Under the pieces are notes generated by a model that saw nothing but the letters and a program-made list of their open reading frames with translations, did no database searches and was not told the DNA's origin. This document shows positions 53,594-64,000 of a stretch of 64,000 nucleotides of DNA, piece by piece. The stretch comes from the human T2T-CHM13v2.0 reference genome, Homo sapiens. Position 1 is the stretch's first letter. Every line of letters starts with the position of its first letter. A program made the translations under genes and the position numbers. Location of the stretch: the NCBI RefSeq assembly GCF_009914755.1, contig NC_060945.1, one strand, 5' to 3'.

Positions 53594-55222
53594 GATTTTT
53601 TTTATTTTTTTATTACGAGCACAAAATTTTACTATTTATTTATTATTAGCACATTTTTTAAGTCTGTATGTTATCCTGTTTTTTTTTAAGTTTCTCATCA
53701 CAGAGAAAGATAGTATGCTACTGCTGAAATACATCAGTAGTGACCTCAAACCATCTCTCCAGGCACATAAAGCAAAAAATTGAAGGCAGTACTCAAACTT
53801 GTGCTACCTAGAAGCATCATGGATTTTTGTCTGCTGCTGTATATTCAATTTTGATTAGATAGGCATTAGCATATAACATTCATAGCATCAAAAAATTCAT
53901 GAAAATGAGTTAAAATGTCAGCCACACAACTATCTAAATGTTAGAACTATAACATCTAGCATGGTTATCTTGGAATGTCAGCATGAATTTTTTACTCTAA
54001 AAAGTACTCCAAAAAACTTTCACAATGTTAAATTCAACATTTAATGTAAAAGATTTATGTGTGCAGCAATGCATTGGAATCATCCTGTCGAAAGGGCTCT
54101 CTTTCAACCCTTCTGAAGGTGAGAAAGTGAATGGGGCTCACTTTTGGCTACAGCTGGTGCTGCGCTCAGCTCTCTGATATTATTTTGCTCTGTGGTCAAA
54201 AAGCAGAAGCATGAAGCATGCCCAAGCCAGCAAACTGAAGTGCAGTATGAACTGTTTAAATTTCTCTCTTCAGATATGTCTATTCAACCACCACTTGGAT
54301 GTCTAGGCTATCAGATACTTTTCCGCGGCTGCCTGTTTGGTTTTGTTGTAAACATTTAGTAGTTCCTGGTAGGTATGGTAGTTTCTGTTGAGCACACTTG
54401 CTTTGTTGAGTCCTGGAGAGGATACTGATAGTTCAGTTTGTCCTGATATGTTGTTTTTAGTGATCCACACATGTTTACGGATGTCTCAGGCAGTTGTCAG
54501 AGTTCTACTTTATGCAGCAATATAATCCTAAAGACAGAGAGCCATCTATCTAACAAGTTATAAGATCTTCTGAAGTTTTAGATTTCAGTTTGTCCTAAAA
54601 TGATTTAAAAAATTAGTTCATGGCTCATTCTACATCTCTGCATCCTGACCTGCTAGATTGGAAATGATAGCCTTGTTGGAAATTATTAAAAAGAAAAAAG
54701 TGACACAATCATTTGCCTCTCCAGTGGGAAGCATGAAATCTTCATATTTTTCATGTCCTTTTAATTTTGCCCCAAATCACCTTAGACATTGTGATATTTA
54801 TATCTAATAGAAAATTCCAATACTGATGCCAATCTGAGCTAACACATAGGATTATAATGCCCTATCAGACTTATGCAAATCAGAGATCTGTTCCAGTCTG
54901 AATTAAGCTTCACTAAATATCAAAGAAGTAGGCAATTAAGAAGCTGAGGAAAAGCAAAGAGATGTGTAGATATTGAAAAAAAATCTCTACATCTTGCTTC
55001 TCATGTTGGGCATATCCCTCTGGTGCAGAATAATTAAGGTGTCTAATGAAGTCTGCAGAATTCCATGCACCCTCAGGTATGTTGAAACTATGAAACCTTT
55101 CTATGTGTCAGCCAAGAGACTTGTATAGCTTAGGATACATTTTCCAGGGGGCCACAGCTCACAGATCCTTGGATCTATTTATTATATGTATTCTAAATTG
55201 GGACCATTCTTCCAAGGGGTTT

Positions 55223-55673
55223 TGTGGAAGAGCCATGTATGCAAAGAGATCTCCAACACAGAAGGAACCAAGAAACCAAAAGCAAGGCAGACAAATCCAG
55301 TTTGTTGGTAAAAAGCAATTTATTTGGGAAATTGTGAACAGAAGTGTGGTCTTGGAGAGCAAGGCCAGTAGATATCTGCACCATTACTTCCCAGACCCAG
55401 GGCTTTTTTCCACTGGGAAAAGGTATACGTGATCTATAGACATAATTGAAGGCAACTTCCTGAACAGGCAAGAATGCTATGTGCATCATGGTCTACAATT
55501 TGTGTGATAACATCAAGATTGCTCTGACCTGAGGACAGGATTTTATAGTTAGTACATGTTTAGACTAAGGACAGTAAACAAAGTTGGAAGCAGAGGGCAT
55601 TCCCAGGGCTGATGTTATTCAGAAGTCAACATGGTGGATTATCATCCAAGATGGAGTCACTTTAGCCACCACA
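55223..55673 (-). mobile_element. LTR47-family (ERVL) solo LTR
   Basis: The minus strand starts TGTGGTGGCTAAAGTGACTCCATCTTGGATGATAATCCACCATGTTGACTTCTGA; TG...CA termini. Confidence 0.75.
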
Positions 55674-56691
55674 TAAGGACTTTGCAGAAATAAGTTTAAA
55701 ATGTCTTCTGAAGTGATACTGTGTTCCCATACTACTAGCAGGAATTTTTCTGTACCAATATGGTAATAATTCCAAGATATGTGAACTAAATATAAGTACA
55801 AAGAGAATTACTAGTGAAGTCTCAAAAGGAATATTCTGGCTGGTTTTGTAGTCTAGGGAGCAACCTATAGAAATATATATTTTTACTTGCCCTCTAAGTC
55901 AATATGTTTATTAAAAATGGTGTAATATAAAAAAGTTATAATCCTTCCTTTGAAATGTCTCAAATTTATTCAGTCAAACTCTATGTTAAGTGCAGATAAA
56001 TCTGTGATCAGGTATTCACTTGTTTGCCTGTCAGATTCTTCTTCACTATCTTGTTTTTATGTTCTATGTCTTACAGAAGAAAAAGAGGAATGATAAGTCA
56101 TACTAGGAAGCAGTGGCTTTTCCTAGTGTTTATACAAATTGCTCAAGATTCTGGTTTCAGATGCTCTATCAAGTTCACCATGGGGAACCTGATAAGATGG
56201 TTATGTCAATGAGAGCAGCCTTTGGCCTCTTCTAATGAGATTCATTCCATCTCCCAGAGCAAATTGACATGAATATTTTCAAATGCTTATATGTTATTTC
56301 CTGTTGTAGAATTGCCTATAGGAGCTGGTATTTATAGGAACAAAGGATTTTTTTAAGTGATTTAATTTTTCATTGGAAGTTGTCTGCTCCCATTACCAGT
56401 AAGAGACAGAACCATCTCTTAGGTCTCAGGGAGGACTGCAAAATAAAGCAGTAATTTTTAAAAACAAGTTACATAACTGTTTTCATACCTTTCAAAGTAT
56501 GAAAGCAAAGTTCAAAGGAATTTAAAGCAGGTAAGAAAATCACAACATATAAATTTTCCTGAATCTTTATTTTTCACCGTAATGGCTATGAGAACCACAC
56601 AGAAATGAACAAAAGACATGGAGCATGTTTAGATATTTAATGAAACAAGAATAGGAAAACCCTGGAGATTACTTGCTTCTGAATCATTGCC

Positions 56692-56805
56692 TTAAGCAAC
56701 ATAAAGTTACAGAAAATTAAAAAAAAATCTTTAAGCAACATAAAGTTACAGAAAATAAAAAAAAATCTTTAAGCAACATAAAGTTACAGAAAATAAAAAA
56801 AAATC
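56692..56805 (+). repeat. Tandem repeat, 3 x 38-39 bp
   Basis: ttaagcaacataaagttacagaaaat(t)aaaaaaaaatct starting at 56692, 56731 and 56769. Confidence 0.95.
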
Positions 56806-57234
56806 GAACCACCAATTGTCCTCTTTAGTTATCTTCTCTCTGTTAATTAAGGTCTCTAATGAAGTCTCATAAACAAATCAAGTTGGCCTTCTTAGACAGT
56901 TCCTATAAGGCGATCCCCAACTCTAACCCCATGTCTGGATTCTGGAAAGCAACACCTATCACATGAATACTAATGTAATACTGGTGCATCCGTTCAGTGG
57001 TATTCTTAAACTTCATACTATTATATTGTGCTAAGCCCCAAGAACTTTCATATACATATCCTACAGAGTAGCCAGTTCCTTCACCAGCAACAATCAACAA
57101 AATAAAACACTTCCCTTTAATCATCAAAAAGATGTAATATCTCAGCAACAAAAGAGTGCATGCAGCGCCTTTATATAAGACCACAAGTTGAAGATTCACA
57201 AAAAGCATTAGCATCTTTACATAAAAACCATCTC

Positions 57235-57700
57235 TGTCTTAGTTTGTGTTCTACACAAACAGTCCCTAAGACAAGAGTTTAAGAGCAATTAAATTTTTGG
57301 GAGGTAATCTTAGGAAACATTGCTACAGTAAGACCAATTGAGAAGGGAAAAATAAGGAAGACAATAAATAATATATTGTCAAGGAAGTTACCCACTCTGG
57401 GCAACTGAAGGTTAATCCTATTGGGAAAACTTGAGAGATATTGTAGAACACAGGAGTCAGAGATTTTTTTTTTTTGCCTTGGGGACACATTTGCTATTTA
57501 TTCACCACCTTCCATGGACCTTCTTTGAGGGCTGCTGTTGAGAGGTGCTAATTGTGTAACATATTCAGCTTGCCCTATACACAGGCATGGCAGGCTCTGG
57601 TGCCTGAAGTAATAACTCAGTGAGAATTTAAAGTAGGGCTGAGATGATCCGAAATGGTAAGAATTGAGGAGTATCAGGTTGGCACAACAGCGTCTTCTAA
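57235..57700 (-). mobile_element. LTR16-family LTR
   Basis: tgtcttagtttgtgttc...ccctaagacaagagttt...tttgggaggtaatcttaggaaaca. Confidence 0.6.
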
Positions 57701-58099
57701 ATCACCTCTTGGGAATCTAAGATTTAAAGCGTGTATGGCCTAGCGTAAGATTTATAATGTTAATATATGCTTGTTTTCTTTGGACCAAACTGGCACATGA
57801 GGATAGAGAATTTATTTACAACTGAATACAAAATTGACATCCATCCCGCCACCGCCAAAAGAGGAGGAAGATGTGGCAGCTCAAAAACATTATGTGTCTG
57901 AGACAGACAGGAGGTGGCCAAGTTGATTTGCTGACAGAAATTTTAATACCCTTTGTTATATTGAACTCTGTTTCAGTATGCTAGCTTAGATCATCATATT
58001 TCCCCTTTCCCGAATCTATTTCATCTGCCATAAAATCTCCCTCAATGGCTTTAACCAAGAGGAATTTAGATGACTGTAATCAGCCCTAATTTTCAAATA

Positions 58100-58780
58100 T
58101 AATGCTAGGCCACTTGTTGGCCAAGAATGAATTTGTCCAAAATAAACATTGCTGTAAACATCATAAGTCCAGTTTTAGCAGTACTGTCAAACAGCTTACC
58201 ACTGTGGAGGTACAGGATGCGCTATTGCCAACATTGCATGCAAAATTTTAGGGCCCTACTTCATCAGTAGCTTATACCATTTTAAGTCTTAAGTTTTAAA
58301 TATTCTGCAGATAAGTTGCAACATCTTACTTTGGTTTTAATTTATATTTCTCAGCTTAATAAGGAGTTTGAACCCTTTTTATATGTCTGAGTGTTTGTAT
58401 TAATCTTTTAATAAAGTGTCTATCTAAATTTCTTGTTCATATTTTTTAATTGGGTTGTCTGCCACAATTATTATTAATTGACAATAATTTATTTATACAA
58501 ATATAATTAAATGTATTAGAAGTGATCACTTCCATTCCTTAGATTACAGTTTCTCTCAATTATGCCATTTTTAAATTACAAATCCTTATTTCTTTATTTT
58601 AATACCGTTTAGTTATTTTTATCATTTATTTTATGGTCAGTACATCTGGATCCTGTTTAAGAAATAGTTCCCAACCAATAACAGAAAGCTAATGTCCTAC
58701 AAAATTATTTAGAAACTATGATGTTTTACCTTTATATTATTTGTCTAGGATTGATTTTGTGTATTGCATAAGGTGGCAGA
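58100..58780 (-). mobile_element. Old L1M ORF2 3' fragment
   Basis: cattgctgtaaacatc..., ttggttttaatttatatttc..., tcctgtttaagaaatagttccc. Confidence 0.55.
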
Positions 58781-59159
58781 GGTCGCTGGTGCCTGTTTCC
58801 AAACTTGCTGCATCACTGTCATCCTAGGACTGATATTGATGGCTGATGTTTATCCTTTCATCAATCTCAGGTTTTCTTTCTTAGCTTAAGCCCTTAGTAG
58901 ATAGCTTTAAGCCTCTTCCCAAGAAATAATTCATGGGAAATAAATTTAATGAACTGCTGCCTGGATTAAGTACCTAGATTTATTTTTTAAAAACCTGTCC
59001 CTTTAGAATATTAAAGTTATTAATCTATGTCTTCTAGAAAGTGATTTAGATATTGGAAAAAATAATTCCATTGAATTTTGTTTCTGTTTGGTTGATATGA
59101 TTTTAACCCTTTCTAGAAATATACTTATATTCCAAAATTTTACTATTATGAGCTTTATA

Positions 59160-59400
59160 TTTGTTTGTTTTTTTTTTTTTTTTGCTGGATCTTTTTTTTT
59201 TAAGTTTTTTTTTCTTTTATTATTATACTTTAAGTTTTAGGGTACATGTGCACATTGTGCAGGTTAGTTACATATGTATACATGTGCCATGCTGGTGCGC
59301 TGCACCCACTAACTCATCGTCTAGCATTAGGTATATCTCCCAATGCTATCCCTCCCCCCTGCCCCCACCCCACAACAGTCCCCAGAGTGTGGTGTTCCCT
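59160..59400 (-). mobile_element. Young L1 (L1PA2/L1HS-like) 3' fragment with composite tail
   Basis: Diagnostics cacattgtgcaggttagttac, ctggtgcgctgcacccactaac, cccaatgc and agtccccagagtgtg. Confidence 0.9.
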
Positions 59401-60279
59401 AATTTTCCAGGAAGCTTGGAATTATTTGAAAATTCTGCCCTTTAGCTCTAAGGATTTTATTTATTTATATAATTTATAATTTATTGTTATTTATTTTCTC
59501 TTTCAGTGATCTATAATTGAATAACAAATTTCCATTTTTTTCTGAATTTGGGGAATTAAGAGTTCATTCTTCTGATAAAGCAAAATAAATTACAATATAC
59601 TCATTTTTCTTTTAAGATTCAGACGATGCAAATAAAAGTTAGATGAAATTTACAGCAAAATAAAATAGAAAAAATTAACGTGTTTATACTGTTGTTCAAC
59701 TGTTCAGATTTCTAGTTTTGTACTATGTATTCTTTATTATCAACATACTAGAATATGATGTAATTCAAGAACATTTCATACATAATCACTTTGATAAAAA
59801 AGGAGATTGGCAAGAGCATAAAAATATTTAAAACACTAGATTAATGAATCCAAAGCTACATAAAGATCTTATAATAACAGTAGTAAACATTTTGAGAAAT
59901 GTGTAGAAACTCCTAACTGAAGGGTTTTATAACCAATATGTTATAACTAATATAAAAGCAATATGTTGCTAATAGACAGCCATACTTCACACTAAGTTCT
60001 CTAATGGGATAACTTGCAGGATTCATAATTTAACAACAGATTGAAAAAGGAAAATTTTTAGATTCAGTAGCAAACATTTTGGATTTCTCAACAACACTTT
60101 CTCCCTAAATTGCTGTGAAATACATTATTCATCAATACCTAGATCCAGAAATATTCACTGAGGGCCTGTAGTGGCAGGTAGTGAATTTATTGAGGCAACC
60201 CATGCAAAGTGCACCCACAGAGCCTGTGATGTGAGGGGGATTTAAACATAAGTTGCCCTCACTCTACTTCTTAAAAATA

Positions 60280-63200
60280 TTTTCAAATGATTCATTAACA
60301 TTCTTATTTTATATGATCCTTGAATTAATTAGATGTATATTCCTCAATCTCCAAGTATTTTGAAATTTTTCTATCATTTTGCTATTAATTTTTAGTTAAA
60401 GTCCTCATGTTTGAGAACTTATTTTGTATGATTACTGTTATTTTAATTTCACACATGTATGTCCAATGGCCAAGAATGTTCTCTATCTTGGAGAGCATTC
60501 CCTGTGAGGTTGAGAAGATGTATATTTTGCTATTGGAACGATAATTCTATAAATGTCAGTTGGATCAAGTTACTGAAATAGGGGCTGAAATCTCTATCTA
60601 TAATAATAAATGTGTATGTTTCTCCTTGCGGTTATCAGTTTTTGTCACATATTTTGACACTCGATTTTTAAGTGAATGCTTCAAGGTTTGCTAATGTCTT
60701 TTTGGAGAATTAAACCTTTTATCATTATCATTAGGTAATGTCCCTCTTTATCTGTAATAATTTTCCTTCTGCTCTGTTTTGTCTGAAATGAATAAAGCTG
60801 CTCCAGCTTTCTTTTGATTAGTGATAGCATCCATGTCTTTCTTTATCTCCTTTACTTTTAGCCTATCTATGTCTTTATAGTTAAAATTGGTTTCTTGTAG
60901 GGAACAGATAGAGTTTTTCCCCCTGCACTCAAAATTTGTCTGTTAACTGATATATTTAGATCATTCACATTTAAAGTGACTATTAATATATTTCAATCAG
61001 TATCGATTATGTTTGTAGCTTTTAAAATTTTCTTGAACATTATTTGTTTCTTTTTTATCTCTTCTCTTTTTATATCTTCTCTGGTTTTCATTGAAGTTTG
61101 AATGATTTCATTTTACTTCCTCTCTTAACCTATCAATTATACTTTTTAAAAAATGGTTATTTTAGAGTTTACCACATACATTTATAATGAATTTAAGTTC
61201 ATTTTTAAATAACACTATGCCTCCTTACTGGTTTTTCAGGTAACTTATAGAGTATTTCCACTTCCCTTCTCCTATCCCTTGAAAAATTGTCATTTATTTC
61301 TCTTATCCATATGGCATAATCAAAGAATAAATTGGTGATATTTGTTCAAAAATCCATGCCTATTAGATTCATTTAGAATATAAAAAAATTTTATTTTATT
61401 TTCACTTATTTCTTCTCCACTGATTTTTCTATTTTTATGTAGAGATGAGTTTCTGACATATATTTCTTCTTCCTGAAGAAAATATTTTAACATTTCCTGC
61501 ATGGGTGGTCTCTGGTCATAAATTCCCTTAGTTTTTGTTTGAGCAAGTATTTATCTGTTGATGACTTTTCAAGGATAGTTTTGTGGGATACAGAATTCTA
61601 GATCAGCGTTTTTTTTTTTTTTCCCTTTCTACTCTTGATATAGTTCATCCCACACTCTTCTTGCTGACAGGACTTCTGCCAAGGACAACTTTCCTGTAAT
61701 GTTTATCTTTCCTTATTCCTCCATAGGTAAGGTTGTTTTTTTGTTTTTGTTTTTTTCTCAGAATTTCCTTTTTTTTTTCTTTTTCTTTCTGCAGTTTGAC
61801 TTTGCCATGCATAGGTGTCATTTTTTGTTATTTATCCTATGTCCTGTTTTTACATTTTTTTTAATTATAAAAAGGGAGGGTGCTTATTGGCTTCCTGGAT
61901 CTATGGTTTCTTAATTGTCACCAATTTTATAATGTTCTCCACCACTCTTGCTTCAAATATTTTTTCTTTTCTTTTTCTCCTCTTGGCATTCCAATTGTGC
62001 ATATGTTACAACTTTTGAATTTGCCCAGAAGTTCTTGGATATTACGTTTTTCTCTTTTTTTCTATAAATTTCTGCTTGAAAAGTTTCTACTGATTTATCT
62101 TCTGAATCACCAGTTCTTTCCTCAGTCAGTTTATTGATGTGTACATCCAAACCATTCTTAATTTTCATTAGTGTTTTTTAATTTTACGAATTTCTATTGA
62201 TACTTTCATAGAGTTTTTATTTGTCTGCTTTTATTACACATATGTTATTGCATGTTGTCTACTTTTTTCATTAGAGCTCTCAGCATATTAATCATAGTTA
62301 TTTTAAAGCCACTGTAAAACTTCTGATATCTGCTTGTGATCTGGCTTTGAAACTTGTTTCTTCTTTCCAGACTGTTTTCCTGCCTTCACATGACTTACCA
62401 TTTGTTTTGTTGTTATTGTTGAAAGCCTAGCATGCTATATCAAGTTATAGAAAATGAGGTAGATAGGCCGTTAGTGTGTTTAATCAAGTTTAGCCTAAAA
62501 CTGCCTCCTTACATATTTTAAGTTCCACCTAAAGTCTTCTCTATACGTTGTGAACTGTAAAAAGTGGAGGTGTAAACAGACCATAGCTTACACTTGTGCC
62601 AGTCACCAAGTTATGGTCAATCAAATGTAGCCAACTCTTCAAATAAGTCAAACTCCGAGCTGTAACCAATCCATCTATTTCTGTATCTTACTTCCTTTTT
62701 TCTGTACCTCACTTTCCTTTTTCTGTCCATAAATCACGTGGCTGTGCCGGAGTCTCAAAGAGCCTAGTCTCGTTCAGGAGGTTGCCTGATTCACATATCT
62801 TTCATTGTTCAGTTAAACTGTTTTAAATTAAATTTGGCAGAAGTTTCTCTTTTATCAAGTGTGAGGTTTTATGTAAATCTTTCTAGGACTTGAACTGTAT
62901 TTAATTTTCGCTGTAGCCATGGGTGCCAAGGCCTTCAAATTCCTCTAGTATTCTTACTTGTCTCTCTTCTTTGTTTTTTGTTTCTTTAAAAATTCCTTTT
63001 TTAATAGAGCCTGAAGCTCTGTCATTGTGAAAATAAGGAACAGGGTAGGAGAGGCATTTTATAATCTTATACAATCTCAGTCTTTTGGTGGTTCTGCATC
63101 CCTGGGTTGTGTCCTTTACAAGCATCTCTTACCTCTCTCCCCTCCTTCAACTTTAGGTGAGATAAGAAAGCACGAGAGTGCTGGAACTAGATAATTGCTT

Positions 63201-63690
63201 TTCTGCCTATGGAAGATAAATCACCGGCAAGTTCATTTTCAGTGGAAAATAATCCATTTTTCTGGGGTATGCATAGTTGTATTTCAAAGTGGTCACTTTT
63301 GTCCTCTCCCTGGCCAAAGACATGAGCTGAGTTTTCTTGGATCTCCACCATGAGAACCTGGTAGCCCATAAAGTTGTAGGGGGTCTCTCTAAGATTACAG
63401 TCCCCAGAAGTTTTTTATTCTCAAGCTAGTCTACACTGAGCCTCCAACAATTTATTGACTACTGTTGAAATGTCCCAGTTTATAGTTCTATCAGGGCCTC
63501 TTCTAAGTAACCTGATCTGAGGTTTGTTTCTTTGTATTCAGTTTGTTTTTTTCAGATCCAAAGCAACGCAATACTCTGATGCATGCAAGAAAACTCACTG
63601 ATTTTTCAATTGCTCATCTTTTTTTTTTTTTTTTTAAGATGGGAATGATAACTTTCAAACCCTTTTCTTGTTAGAGGTGAAACTATATAC
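60280..63690 (-). mobile_element. Old L1MC/MD-like element
   Basis: L1 antisense hallmarks (tgagaagatgtatattttgc, gctccagctttcttttgattag, ttgtgggatacagaattctag). Confidence 0.7.
62477..62857 (+). mobile_element. MER57A-like ERV1 solo LTR inserted in the L1
   Basis: tgtttaatcaagtttagcctaaaactgcctccttacatattttaag...ttttatca; 4-bp TSD agtg at 62473-76 and 62858-61. Confidence 0.85.
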
Positions 63691-64000
63691 CCTGGTTTTT
63701 CACAAATTCAGATTATTGGCCTTGGAGCAAAAAACAAACAAACAAACAAACAACAAATCAGAACCTCATGGAAGTTGATATGGAATGCACATAGGAGCCC
63801 CCTTAATACACATTTACAACCTCTTAAGACACAGATGTTATGAAATCTAATTTTCTTTAGTTTCTGTACAGAAGAACTTCATATTTCTCTAAAGCAGTAA
63901 TAGGTTTTCTCATAAATCTTGCAAATTCACTCCAAACACATATACAAGTAGAAAAGGCATAACAATGAAATGGCCTTGGATATAGAACCAATATTCTATG

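Overview
Human (or closely related great-ape) AT-rich, gene-poor genomic DNA. I can support no cellular protein-coding gene, RNA gene or CRISPR array; the ORF track is almost all repeat-derived or spurious. Bases 1-3274 hold the 5' part of a minus-strand HERV-K(HML-2) provirus (LTR5_Hs, gag, start of pro/dUTPase). It is heavily G-to-A hypermutated in an APOBEC3G-like GG>AG pattern, with 10 of 12 gag Trp codons turned into stops. It also has a clean deletion joining the LTR end directly into gag, which removes the PBS, leader, splice donor and gag ATG. From memory this matches the K60/ERVK-23 provirus at 21q21.1 (not verified here). The rest is a mosaic of L1, Alu, MIR, L2, L3/CR1, MaLR/ERVL/ERV1 LTRs and DNA transposons, with subfamilies assigned by eye. 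The most unusual structures are: a MADE1 MITE carrying a locally templated copy of nearby L1 sequence between 12-bp direct repeats; a palindromic 50-bp VNTR born inside an LTR16A promoter; a deletion-plus-inversion inside an L1PB; several template-switch scars; and very old integrase/RT fossils. I found no convincing new multi-gene biological system.
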